A DNA stretch of 63,210 bases, the filler included, from Craspedostauros australis (lineage: Eukaryota): NCBI GenBank assembly GCA_030167865.1. It is 21 parts of 21 records of this genome, joined end to end, with 100 filler letters (N's around TTAATTAATTAA, not from the genome) between each part and the next. Parts side by side here need not be neighbours in the genome. Positions count along the whole stretch, not along the records: positions 1 to 1,223 come from JALAGF010001747.1; positions 1,324 to 4,928 come from JALAGF010001748.1; positions 5,029 to 10,353 come from JALAGF010001749.1; positions 10,454 to 12,251 come from JALAGF010001750.1; 17 more parts are not named here. One strand, given 5' to 3'. The position numbers and the translations under genes were made by a program. Shown piece after piece: positions 1 through 10,799 of this stretch (position 1 is its first letter; every line of letters starts with the position of its first letter). The notes under the pieces are model-generated. The model saw only the letters and a list, made by a program, of their open reading frames with translations, ran no database searches and was not told the origin of the DNA.

Positions 1-414
1 ATATCTTCGAGTTGCGTCCTGTCATCCTCCGCTGTCATCATACCATCCAATCGCCAGCAATATCCCATTTCATTCTTGCCGCCTTTGCTCGAATCTGGAT
101 CTGCATGAAGCTGGATAGTGTCTCATGTGTTTCGCAGCACTTCAATTTTGATCTTGTGTGATAGTCTCGTCGACAGTATTGCACATGAACAACATCGCAC
201 AGAAATCGCAATACTCAGGCTGGTGATTTGGTTTGGATGCCATGCAAAAGCGCGCAGCCATCCAAGGATCCTTCTTCCGTTCAAGTTTGGTGGGAAATAG
301 GGTTCGAAGCCAGCATTGGTCCCATCATCAGCTTTTGATTTGATGGGCAAGCAAGCCACACTGGGAACTTGCATGAAGCCGAGGTGGAACCTAGCTGATG
401 ATGAGCTCCTTGCT

Positions 415-501
415 CAACACAGAGCATCAACACAGAGCATCAACACAGAGCTTCAACACAGAGCATCAACACAGAGCATCAACACAGAGCATCAACACAG
501 A
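415..501. repeat. 13-bp tandem repeat (CAACACAGAGCAT) x~6.7
   Basis: Direct head-to-tail copies with one variant (GCTT) and no spacers. Confidence 0.95.
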
Positions 502-563
502 AAACAGCGACGATTCGACTTGTGGCATCAGAACGAACAGGTATCATCACATAATCTTCTTGG

Positions 564-1223
564 ATGATGCAAACCATCGACAATACTAAAAATCAACGTA
601 AGTCTTTGAGTCGGAGCATCGCACTTGCTGTCGAACGTACAGGCAAAAGGAGGAACGCAATCAGATTTGCCAGAGAGGTCTGTGACAAGAACACACCAGT
701 GTTTGGTCTGCCAGGAAGTCAACTTCGTGTCCAAAGCAGCCGACAGTTCTCCACATTGAAGAGACGAAGCATCACAAGCTACATGTCATTCTTGGAAAAG
801 GCTCACATCCAGCCAGGTGGGGGGACCCTCGCCGAGCTTGCGGATGATGGCAGCGATGACTTCGGCTGTGATGACATCAGTGACCTTGTTGACAGCCTCA
901 CCGACGCACTTGACTCCATCTCGCTGCACTCATCTACTGCTTCGTCGTCTGCAGCTTCTTCATCAGCTACTTCTTTGCCTGTGCGTGCATCCACAAAACC
1001 TGCTCTGTCAGCCAAAGACGCCACCCCCGCGCAAGCACAGCAATCCAACGCCACCACGATGAATGCCAATTCTCTTTCTACCCCGTGCAAGACGGTGATC
1101 ATCGAAAGCAAGCAATCAGAGACACCACAGCGTGTCCAAGTTGCTGAAGCAGCCTTCGCTTCCCCGGTTCCAGCGTTCTCTTCGCCGGTTCCAATCTTCG
1201 CGTCACCTGTCTTGACCCCGCAT
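564..1223 (+). CDS. Hypothetical protein, 3' truncated by spacer; basic N-terminus, Ser/Ala/Pro-rich tail with (F)ASPVP repeats
   Basis: The ORF is open for 220 codons up to the contig end. No recognisable domain. Confidence 0.4.
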
Positions 1224-1323
1224 NNNNNNNNNNNNNNNNNNNNNNNNNNNNNNNNNNNNNNNNNNNNTTAATTAATTAANNNNNNNNNNNNNNNNNNNNN
1301 NNNNNNNNNNNNNNNNNNNNNNN
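1224..1323. other. Artificial contig spacer N44-TTAATTAATTAA-N44 (first of 20; the others start at 4929, 10354, 12252, 13700, 18638, 23162, 26041, 27798, 29956, 31713, 33131, 34676, 40900, 47697, 49975, 52895, 56680, 59442, 61383)
   Basis: The same 100-bp N-padded linker, with stops in all six frames, recurs throughout the window. Confidence 0.98.
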
Positions 1324-2906
1324 ATCAGTTGATGCTGTAGAATTAGCTTGCTGAAATCTGGATGAGCGAACATATCTTTCTCACTTTCAGCTGCCATCCT
1401 CATTGCTACATCCTTCAACATCACACAGTTGTGTTGATCGGCGAATATCAACACATCTATCATGCTGTCTTCTGTGAGATGCTTGTGGGCTAACTCCGCT
1501 TCAAGAACAAGCTTGAGTCACCAGAAGCCGAACTCGTTGGCCACAAGGATCAGCTGTTGCAGATCATGCTGTCCAGTGAGGATAGGAGTTGGCTGGTTTG
1601 CGTCATCGTCGCCAGTGTTGTCATGAGTGTTGTTGTTGAAGGATATCTCACCTCTGTAGATACATTGGAGGACGTATCGGACGTGTTTTGGTTGAAGGTT
1701 GGGAAGAGGGATGGTTACTTGCATGGGGGGCGCGCCGTCTTCGGTGCCATCATTCGCGTGCTGATGTTGGATCCCTTTGTTGATCAGTGTCTCGATGGAT
1801 AGGATGGTGATGATGAGGACTTCAGACTTTGCTTTGATTGGTTGCTACTCGTCGCCCTGTCCGCACAAGAAGATGGTGTCTGTCCTGTTCTCGGTTTGGA
1901 AGGATTTGAGTCGGTCTTCTCCAATGCTGATGTTGGTCCTCTTGTGGCTACTGTGCTTGTGTTCATTCTCTTGCTTCTTCCGCTTCAACTGGTGTCTCGG
2001 CTGTTCTTGTGATGGTTCATTCTCGTGTTCGTGTTCGTTTTGTTGTACGCGTTGCTGCAGTTGTTGCAGTTGTGGGTGAGTTGAAGGCGAAAGTCCTCTA
2101 ATGAGGGACTCGATACACTCCAGGTTTCCATTGCGGCATGCCTTGTGAAGGGGAGTGTAACCATAGTTGTTTTGGCTGTTGATGTTTGCTCCACATGATT
2201 CGGTGAGGTACTTCACACACTCCAGGTGGTTGTATATGCATGCAAAATGAAGGGGAGTGTCACCATCGCTGTCTTGGCAGTTGACGTTCGCCCCACCTGA
2301 TTCGATGAGGTACTCGATACACTCCAGTTGGTCATGGAAGCATGCCCAATGAAGGGGAGCCCAACCATCGTCTGTTTTGCAGTTGATGTTCGCCTCACAT
2401 GATTCGATGAGGCACTTCATACACTCCAGCTCGCCCCAGTGGCATACCTTATGAAGGGGAGTTTCACCATCGTCTGTTTTGCAGTTGATGTTCGCCCCAC
2501 ATGATTTGATGAGGTGCTTCACACACTCCAGGCGGCCATTGTAGCATGCCCAATGAAGAGGAGTCCAATCATCTTCGGTTTTGCAGTTGATGTTTGCCCC
2601 ACATGATTCGATGAGGAAGTTGGCACACTCCAGGTGGCCATTGGCGCATGCGTGATGAAGGAGAGTCCAGCCATCGTTGTCTTCGCAGTTGATGTTCGCC
2701 CCACATGATTCGATGAGGTATTTGGCACACTCCAGCTTGCCATACATGCATGCATAATGAAGGGGAGTCCGACCTCTCCCGTCTGTAACCTTGTTAACAT
2801 CAACTCCTTCATTCTGCGTCTTGTTCTGCTTCTTCCATTCCTTCAACACCGACAAGTTGCCTGCCTCGGCAGCATCAAGGAGTTGTTCGTTCGTAACATT
2901 CGGCAT
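1324..2906 (-). pseudogene. Ankyrin-repeat + BTB/POZ-BACK-like protein with two in-frame stops (TAG 1845-1847, TGA 1518-1520), 3' truncated
   Basis: About 7 regular 34-aa ankyrin repeats (TPLHxACxxGxLECxKYLIESCGANINC). ORFs 1845..3158, 1518..1724 and 1272..1463 share one frame and read as BTB (TDTIFLCG...LPNLQPKHVRYVLQCIYRG) followed by BACK-like (VLIFADQHNCVMLKDVAM). Likely start is MPNVTNEQLL. Confidence 0.8.
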
Positions 2907-3616
2907 GTTGAGAGGATGGTCGATGGTTGCTGGATGATTGATGTTGGACGATTGGCGTTGGATTGGCTGTCGAGAAAGTGTGTTGTCTGAGCTATCTACT
3001 ATGAGGCAGAGATATCGATGGTGGTGTCTGCACTGGCTTGTATTCGTACGAGTACTCGTATCATGCACTGTGTGATGAATGTGAGAGGCAATCCGATGTC
3101 TGTTGTTGATGTGCTCGAGTATGGGGTTGAGTGGTGTGTGCTGTTGTCTTGTTCGCACAGTTCTCTTTCTTTGCGCACAAGCGTCTCTGGTTTGTCTGCG
3201 AAATACGAAACCGATGAAACACGACTAGGCTGAATCATGGATGACGATTGTTCCATTTGGGTTGCCTGTTTGACTAAATCGAGTACTTCTATACGCGTGG
3301 AAGAACGTCAGATGACGTCTTTGAATTCAAATCAAGACGAATCCTGATGAAGAAAAGGTGACAGTACCCAAGAGGTGAAAGTAATCAAGCCTCGACAATA
3401 GTAATCGAGAATAGTGCATCAAAGGCCATCGTTGGTTCCGTTCCGGAGCAACTAATAGCTGTGCCATTCATGCTCGTCTGGGACGCACAATGCTGCTACA
3501 AACAAACTGGAGTACATTTTATTGATTCATTACTTTATTGTGCAAGTACACATATGCGTTGGCACGAGACGTATGAGTGTGGTGCACATCCCCACGACAC
3601 TGCACCACACTGCATG

Positions 3617-3641
3617 CTCTCTCTCTCTCTCTCTCTCTCTC
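3617..3641. repeat. (CT)n microsatellite
   Basis: Seen directly. A similar tract lies at ~27185-27207. Confidence 0.95.
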
Positions 3642-3665
3642 TTACACACACTCCACATCATCGAT

Positions 3666-4382
3666 TCACAGCCGCCTCTTCATCTTGTACTCCTGTTGTT
3701 GCGTCTCCAACACGACGGTGAATCGTCGGATCTTCAACACGCTCAATCCAACGCGCACATCATCCTCATGCGGAACCTGAATCGCCTGTGCGTTGGGCTG
3801 CGTCGATTTGCGGCGAAAGCGATCCATCAGCTTGACCTTGTTATGGCGCGGATTGCTGCCAGCGAACATGGGCAGGGTGGGCGGGTGTTCGTCGACGCCG
3901 TGCGGTGCGCAGGCACGGTGCATGCCGTACTGCGGCGGCGGCACGAAGAAGATCTCATCGTCGTGCATCTTGGATTTGGGTTGGATCAAGGGACAGTAGA
4001 GGAAGGTGGAGTCGTTGCGGTGGTAACCCAAAGGCGTGCGGCAGCACTTGCTGTACATGCGTAGGATGGGGCTTTCGTCGAAGATCTTGTGGAAAGCGAT
4101 ATGTTTGGATCCCTTGACGACGTGGATGTGTGAGTCGTCGTATTCGACGTAGTGCACGGACTGCGTCGCAAAATCGACGACGTTCGTGAAGGTGTCGGGG
4201 CTCGTGTCTCGCACGGATCCCCACAGCGTGTCGACGAACTTCATGCAATCGCGGCAGTGGCAGATGAAGCTCTTCTGCTTCGTCGAGGACTTGTGCGCAA
4301 CGTGCAGATCGAGGCCGATCTGGCCGCAGCCGCAGCTGACTTGGGCCACGCGGGCGGCTTTGGATTTGGAGTTGGAGACCAT
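3666..4382 (-). CDS. GFA/CENP-V (Mss4-like) Zn-binding protein, DUF6151-like
   Basis: Motifs SCGCGQ, ICHCRDC and RMYSKCCRTPLG. Likely ATG at 4382 (MVSNSKSK). Confidence 0.7.
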   Translation of the reverse strand: MVSNSKSKAARVAQVSCGCGQIGLDLHVAHKSSTKQKSFICHCRDCMKFVDTLWGSVRDTSPDTFTNVVDFATQSVHYVEYDDSHIHVVKGSKHIAFHKIFDESPILRMYSKCCRTPLGYHRNDSTFLYCPLIQPKSKMHDDEIFFVPPPQYGMHRACAPHGVDEHPPTLPMFAGSNPRHNKVKLMDRFRRKSTQPNAQAIQVPHEDDVRVGLSVLKIRRFTVVLETQQQEYKMKRRL

Positions 4383-5028
4383 GGTGTTGGATATGGCAAT
4401 CTGGATTGATGATGGTGTGGATGCGTGTGTTAGGCTGGGGTGGCGAATGAGATGATTGACTCTCCTCTGTGAGCTTATGAGAAGACAACAGTTCTGCTGG
4501 ATGAGGAAGAAGAAAAGCGCAAGAGTGATGAGGAAGAAAATGAACGTTGGCATCGCCGCACGTGTTGGTCGTGAGCGAAGATCGTGTGTGAGCGCTGTGT
4601 CCACCCGTGAAAAGATTCTGTTGTTTGTTGGGGCGTGAAGGAAACAGACGACACGACGATCCGAGTCACAGAGACGCGAAGGGGGCACTAATCTTCGGCA
4701 ACAGTTATTCTCCTATCTGTCGCATTGTTGTCGCTACGACATGTATAAATATGCAATCGCATGTCAACGCCATGTCTCGGTCCAATTGGATGTGACTGGA
4801 GGAACAACTGCGTTGGTATGCCCTTGTGCGATGTCACGTGGAGATATGGCCCCATTCAGCGAAGTCGAGTATTATTCTGCGGATTTGAGATACTGAAACG
4901 TGATATTTTTAGACATCAATTTTTCGTCNNNNNNNNNNNNNNNNNNNNNNNNNNNNNNNNNNNNNNNNNNNNTTAATTAATTAANNNNNNNNNNNNNNNN
5001 NNNNNNNNNNNNNNNNNNNNNNNNNNNN

Positions 5029-6123
5029 AACAAGGACAACAAGGACAACAAGGACAACAAGGACAAGGGTAGCAAGAACAAGGACGACAAGAAGGTCGAC
5101 AAGAAGGAAGCCGACAACAATCCACCAGCCACTGAGGCTGCACCCGTCGAAAGTGCACCACTCCCAGTCGAAGAGGACGACACCAACGCCGACCAACCAC
5201 AGCCAACTGAACCAGCTCAGCCTCAAGAACCAGTCGACATCCCACCTATCGTCGATGAGGAAGCTGAAATCAACGACGCACTCGATGAGGCTATCGATGA
5301 GGCCATCGATGAAGACATGGAGGAGGACATGGAGGAAGAGACCGAGGAACCATCCACCAGCGCACCAACAACGCCCGCTCCATCCACACCCGCACCAACC
5401 AACCTGTCACCCACAGCATTCCCCACCACCTCACCCACCTTCAAACCAACGGCCTCCTTCGCACCAACATGGATGCCCACATCAAGACCAAGCGCTCCAA
5501 CCAGCCACCCAACACGATCGCCCAGCGTCATGCCGACATCCATGCCAACCACCACACCCACCATCACACCGAGCACCAACCCATCGTCGACCCCATCCGC
5601 CGCTCCACTGCGATCCACGTGCTACATCGGAACATACAAGGATGTGTACGAGTGGTGTGACAACGAGGGCATGAACTGCTGCTCCAACGGAGCATACAGC
5701 TGCTGGTGGGAGGGCGTCGCCACCGTGTGCGAAGGATCGTGCAACGGCATGTCCGCATGCTACAGCATCAACGAGGGAGCTCTGATTGAGGAGAAGTCGT
5801 GCACAGGATACTCGGCATGCAAGTACCTCGGCGAAGGCGCCGACGTCGGCATGGACTCCTGCAACGGTCGTCACGCCTGCATGCTGGCCAACGGAAGCAT
5901 CGGCGATGGCTCTTGCAACGGCGGATACCCAGCAGGATCCAACTGTTACCAGGCCGACGAGGCCATCGGCGACAACTCCTGCAACTTCTACGAGAATCCT
6001 CGCAACTATCCGGGTGGATCGTACGCATGTCTGTATGCCGATGATGAGATCGGCAACAACCAGTGCAACGTGTTCTTCAGAGACTCGACGTGTGTTGGTA
6101 CACCGAGACCAAGTGGTGAATAG
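5029..6123 (+). CDS. Extracellular PT-rich protein with C-terminal Cys-rich SCxGxxAC repeat domain, 5' truncated
   Basis: The frame is open from the contig start: (NKD)4, an acidic stretch, PTxx repeats, then CCSNGAYSCWWEGVATVCEGSCNG... It is a paralogue of 7342..9432. Confidence 0.85.
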   Translation, partial: NKDNKDNKDNKDKGSKNKDDKKVDKKEADNNPPATEAAPVESAPLPVEEDDTNADQPQPTEPAQPQEPVDIPPIVDEEAEINDALDEAIDEAIDEDMEEDMEEETEEPSTSAPTTPAPSTPAPTNLSPTAFPTTSPTFKPTASFAPTWMPTSRPSAPTSHPTRSPSVMPTSMPTTTPTITPSTNPSSTPSAAPLRSTCYIGTYKDVYEWCDNEGMNCCSNGAYSCWWEGVATVCEGSCNGMSACYSINEGALIEEKSCTGYSACKYLGEGADVGMDSCNGRHACMLANGSIGDGSCNGGYPAGSNCYQADEAIGDNSCNFYENPRNYPGGSYACLYADDEIGNNQCNVFFRDSTCVGTPRPSGE

Positions 6124-6881
6124 ATGCATTGTGTTGCATCACACATTGACAATAGGCTGCACGTTGATACGCTGCACTTGGATGCGCCGCACAAATAGCG
6201 CCGCCAATGTCATCACCATGATCATCAGGATTTCATCCTGCACACCACACGCATCATGCGCATCATGCGCATCCGACATCCATAGCTAGGCATCTGTACT
6301 TTAGAATACACCACCAGTATCATATCTCTTTTGTCGTGTTTCTCATATCATCTTTGCCGTCATCGTCAGCATCATCGTCAGCATCATCGTCATCACCATC
6401 ACCATCATCATCACCAGCATCTTCATCATCCTCGTTCGATCGCCCGATCGCCTGATCATCGCATTCTTTGGTCGGATCCCTCCCAGCTTCATCTTGTTCG
6501 TTCATTGGTTTGGTGCCATTTCTGTGAGTGTTTGACATTCTTCTGTTCGTGAGTATGGTAGTGACTGAATCAACCCATCCAGTCATGGTTTGTCATCTCG
6601 AACAACTCAAACAACTCAGACGTTAAAGACGTTAAACATGACACATACGACTCGTTGGAGTACTTAGAAGTACTCTACATCAGACTAATTCGTTGTACTT
6701 CGGTGGGCTTCGACAGGTTTCGGAACGGTTTCGGAACGGTTTCCCTCTTCCTTCCTTTCTTCTTTCTCCCTTGTGACCGTTTGAGACACAATTTTGGCCG
6801 AGTCGCGCCAGCCGGGTATCCGTGACATCATGTTTTGTCCCGAATTGTGGAAGTTGTGTTGTTGGTTTGGTGGAAAGATGA

Positions 6882-7121
6882 GATGTCAACGGTCGGGAGA
6901 TGGGTATTTTTGGTCGTTTGTTGGAGGCCGAAATTGTCGATGTGTGGATGTGTGGATGCATGAATGTGGGTGGATACGTGGATGGATGAAATGTTGACGA
7001 TCAACGAATGGCGGGGAGGTTTGCGTCGTCATCATGGACGGTTGCGTTGTTGATTTTGGGATGGTGGGTGTTGGATGTTGGTCTTCTGCGTCGTTGGATG
7101 GTGGTTGGAATTGAAAGTGGC
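6882..7121 (+). repeat. Left copy of ~240-bp inverted repeat (partner 10031..10271)
   Basis: Near-identical reverse complement of 10031..10271. Confidence 0.95.
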
Positions 7122-7341
7122 AATGAAGGAGCGGGGACTGGGATTGTCCGCCCACAATACAAAAGCTCTCTCAGTCGACAGTCACTGTATGCATAAACAC
7201 CATTCTACAACGCTTCCGAACACAAACACATTCCCACTACAAACCACGCTCATTCAACCTCACTACCATTCTTCCCAGGTCAACAAGTCCGCACGCCAAC
7301 ATCGTCGCACGGCACGTCGTCAACCAAACAGGTGAACCATC

Positions 7342-9432
7342 ATGAACCTCAAATTCCAACCAAGCCTCCTCACAGTCCTGCTGACGAACACAGCGGTGAT
7401 CGCCATTGCGAATGGCCTCGAGGATGGTCGGCAACGTCAAGGTTTGTCAGCTGAAGTCGATTCCGACACACCAAACCGACAACTGCGAGTCGCTAATGAT
7501 GGCAGCGACAGAACCATCCATGTTCGCGGAGGAAGCGACGTGGATTCATCCATCACTGCCAATGCAGCAAGACTTCTCGGTGGCGACGGGCCACGACGAC
7601 TAGTGAAGAAGCACGATCAGTGGACAAGAAAGTTGGCCAAGTCCAGCAAGTCTCCCAAAGCATCGAAGGCATTCAAGAAGCCCAACGTCACATGTGACGA
7701 AACCCAGATGACCGCCGAAGAGCTGACGGAATGTCTAAAGAGCACGGAAGATGACATCAAGCGTGGCGATACCTCAAATACGTCAGATGAAGACACAACT
7801 CCTACGACGGAAAGTGCGACGATGACCATGTCACCAACTGAATCACCAAGTGCGACACCAGGCACACCATCTAATTCAACACCAACCTCGGAACCGACAT
7901 CTGTACCAAGTGCTTTGCCAACTGGTCCCGTAGCGGAACCAATGGATGAAGCAGCAGACATACCGCTCCCGAATGAGAGCGCTGAATCAGTCGATGATCC
8001 GGTGGACGAATCTGCACAGATCGACGATCCATCTGTCAGCACCTCAACAGAAAACCCAACGGCAGCTCCCTCAGCCACCGTCAAGACCAGCTTCCCGACC
8101 AACAGCCCAACCGTAGCACCAACAAGTGCTCCAACCAGACGGGCGACTGCGTTCCCAACTTCCTTCCCAACCGCAAGTCCAACCGCAAGTCCAACCGCAA
8201 GCCCAACCTCGCGCCCAACCACTCAGCCAACAGCAGCGCCAACCAACGCAAGAGCAACATCTTTCCCAACAGCGTCTCCAACACGGTCGCCAACTCCGTC
8301 ACCCACTGGATCACCCATTGGATGGCCGACTGCATCACCTTCCACGGTCCGATCAGCACCACCAACATCATTCCCAACCGTGTCACCTACGAAGGTGATG
8401 AGTACAGGAAAGCCAACGTCGGTCCCGACAGCGAGCCCAACTGGATTCTCTACCTCATTCCCCACTGCATCTCCAACATCGCGAGCTACGAGGCGACCGA
8501 CGACCTATCCAACAGTCCAGCCAACGGCACACCCAACGGCACACCCAACTGTGCATCCAACGGTACACCCAACGGTACACCCAACTGTGCATCCAACGGC
8601 GCACCCTACAGTCCAGCCAACCGTCCACCCAACGGTACACCCAACTGCGCATCCAACAGTGCGCCCAACATCTTTGCCAACGTCGAAGCCATCCACAGGC
8701 CCAACGTCGTATCCAACAGTTCCTCCAACAGGAGCGCCAACATCCGACCAAACGGGGGGATCTACGGGTGAAGCTGATTTGACCGAGGATGTCGTGATCA
8801 CAACTGATGGAACAGCATACGTGGCGACGGACAAACCGACATACGGACCAACTGCCGCACCCACAGATACGGGTCTTCTCGCCAACAACCAAACTGTCGT
8901 GGAAACCCCACCGACCCATCACGACTCCATGATCTGCTACACTGGAACGTTTGAGAGCGTTGCGCAGTGGTGCGCTGACGAAGAGAAGGGCTGCTGCAGC
9001 GAAGGCCAAAACAGTTGCTATTGGAAGGGTATCGCCACTGTCTGCCAAGGATCTTGCAATGGTGTCTACGGATGCTACGCACTGTACCCAGGAGTGGTGG
9101 TCGAAGAGAACAGCTGCAATGGGTTCGCAGCCTGCCCATACGTCGGCGAGAACCGAAAGGTTGGCCCATCCAGCTGCAACGGACGCTTCGCGTGCACATA
9201 CGCAAAGGGTAACATCGGAACAAATTCCTGCAATGGTGATGACCCAGCCGGATCCAACTGCTACGAGGTCGCTTACGACGTCGGAAGTGGCTCTTGCAAC
9301 TACTTCACAAACCCAAAGCCAGAGGAATACGAGAATGGATCGTATGCCTGTGCCTACGCTGACCGCCCCATCGGCGATGGTGTGTGCAACGTTTTCGGTC
9401 AGAACTCCACTTGTGCTGGTGAATCCAGGTAG
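7342..9432 (+). CDS. Secreted mucin-like PT-rich protein with RXL sites, KxxK cluster and C-terminal Cys-rich SCxGxxAC domain (696 aa)
   Basis: Hydrophobic N-terminal signal (LLTVLLTNTAVIAIA), RQL/RLL/RRL motifs, KSSKSPKASKAFKK, long PTxx and PTxH repeats, and a Cys domain homologous to that of 5029..6123. Confidence 0.9.
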   Translation: MNLKFQPSLLTVLLTNTAVIAIANGLEDGRQRQGLSAEVDSDTPNRQLRVANDGSDRTIHVRGGSDVDSSITANAARLLGGDGPRRLVKKHDQWTRKLAKSSKSPKASKAFKKPNVTCDETQMTAEELTECLKSTEDDIKRGDTSNTSDEDTTPTTESATMTMSPTESPSATPGTPSNSTPTSEPTSVPSALPTGPVAEPMDEAADIPLPNESAESVDDPVDESAQIDDPSVSTSTENPTAAPSATVKTSFPTNSPTVAPTSAPTRRATAFPTSFPTASPTASPTASPTSRPTTQPTAAPTNARATSFPTASPTRSPTPSPTGSPIGWPTASPSTVRSAPPTSFPTVSPTKVMSTGKPTSVPTASPTGFSTSFPTASPTSRATRRPTTYPTVQPTAHPTAHPTVHPTVHPTVHPTVHPTAHPTVQPTVHPTVHPTAHPTVRPTSLPTSKPSTGPTSYPTVPPTGAPTSDQTGGSTGEADLTEDVVITTDGTAYVATDKPTYGPTAAPTDTGLLANNQTVVETPPTHHDSMICYTGTFESVAQWCADEEKGCCSEGQNSCYWKGIATVCQGSCNGVYGCYALYPGVVVEENSCNGFAACPYVGENRKVGPSSCNGRFACTYAKGNIGTNSCNGDDPAGSNCYEVAYDVGSGSCNYFTNPKPEEYENGSYACAYADRPIGDGVCNVFGQNSTCAGESR

Positions 9433-10030
9433 AGTGACCAGGTGATACGAACAAATCAAACAAGCCCGGTACCATACCACCTACTCTACTGCTCTTTGCA
9501 ATCGCAGAAGCAACGCCTCTGAATGAGTCCTTCTCGTGTGGATCATCGAGCAAGGCCTTGCGTGGCCAAGGCTGATACAAGAGATACCGGATAGCGCTGT
9601 CAGAAGCACATAGAGTGCTCTCCGTTTTCTCCGGCCACCATTCGTTCGTCAACACCACTCTACATGCATTCCTTTTCTCCGATGATGGCGACCGACATCA
9701 ACTACTGTAACACTAGACACAACAACCATACCACTCCACTATTGTTTGTCGCGATCCTACGCCGATGTAGGACCTTCTCTGGGCTGCACTAGTAGCCTGT
9801 GGCAGCAGCTCAAAACGCTCGTCATGTGCTTGACGTCTTCACCTTCTTCCACCTGTCTCGCGCTGAAGATGACACAGCGAGTAGAGTAGACTGGACGTCC
9901 GGTTATACAAGCGCAACCTAGCAAAAGCGTCAAGAAAACAACATGGACGCCGCTGACCGCCAATCCAACGACAAACCGAGTCATGCCACAAGGGCGATGT
10001 CCGAAACCCTGCATCGCGCAACCGTACAGC

Positions 10031-10271
10031 GCCACTTTCGATCCCAACCACCAACCAGCGACGCTGAAGACCAACATCCAACACCCACCATCCCAAAATC
10101 AACAACGCAACCGTCCATGATGACGACGCAAACCTCCCCGCCATTCGTTGATCGTCAACATTTCATCCATCCACGTATCCACCCACATTCATGCATCCAC
10201 ACATCCACACGTCCGACAATTTCGGCCTCCAACAAACGACCAAAAATACCCATCTCCCGACCGTTGACATC
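10031..10271 (-). repeat. Right copy of ~240-bp inverted repeat
   Basis: Reverse complement of 6882..7121. Confidence 0.95.
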
Positions 10272-10799
10272 AGTTGAGATTCAATGAGGGACAGACTAGT
10301 ACCGAACACGGTATCAACCCGATGGGAGAAATTCCTGTTTTGGCGCGAAATCTNNNNNNNNNNNNNNNNNNNNNNNNNNNNNNNNNNNNNNNNNNNNTTA
10401 ATTAATTAANNNNNNNNNNNNNNNNNNNNNNNNNNNNNNNNNNNNNNNNNNNNTCTCTGGCTGCTGGCTGTTGTTCATCTGCTCTCCTCTCGGCTTGTTA
10501 TTTTGGTGTCAATGAATCTGGAAGCACACGAATCACAACACGAGAAACAACATGGAAAACAACAACACTGCCACCAGTCTCTTTCCGCACCATGCCAACA
10601 GCTCAGCAGATGACCTCGGCATCCCCTGTCCAATGGAAGCAAAGAAGGTTGCACAGGACTTTGTACTCACAAACTAAGCTTAGTGTGAAATAATGCTATA
10701 TTTTGCATACTANAGAATGTCCCATGGCTCTTCCACAGTTGATGACGTACGTAGGACCAGTATGAAAATTCTCATGTAGAACCTGTAGAATCAGTACTA

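Noticed and set aside
415..501. CRISPR-like array (also considered at 19001, 22635 and 54053)
   Set aside because: These are head-to-tail repeats with no unique spacers, there are no cas genes, and the context is eukaryotic.
1224..1323. Recurrent TTAATTAATTAA palindrome as a biological motif or piggyBac target
   Set aside because: It is always centred in the same N padding, so it is an assembly linker. ORF ends at these sites are artefacts.
1518..1847. Alternative genetic code or programmed readthrough (also the gag stops at 48511 and 49285)
   Set aside because: Both TAG and TGA are involved, they serve as normal terminators in intact genes, and the long intact ORFs have no internal stops. 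Mutational decay is the simpler explanation.
2907..3158. N-terminal extension of the ankyrin ORF (likewise 4383..4688 of the DUF6151-like ORF)
   Set aside because: These rely on non-ATG starts or UTR-like sequence. Downstream ATGs fit the domain starts better.
6320..6586. Acidic 88-aa ORF and His-rich antisense ORF
   Set aside because: Both are explained by a degenerate (CAT)n low-complexity tract between the two paralogues.
7617..9480. Long antisense Val/Gly-rich ORFs (also 5482..6129, 60248..61228, 61918..62673, 35706..36542)
   Set aside because: They are shadows of the real ORFs on the opposite strand.
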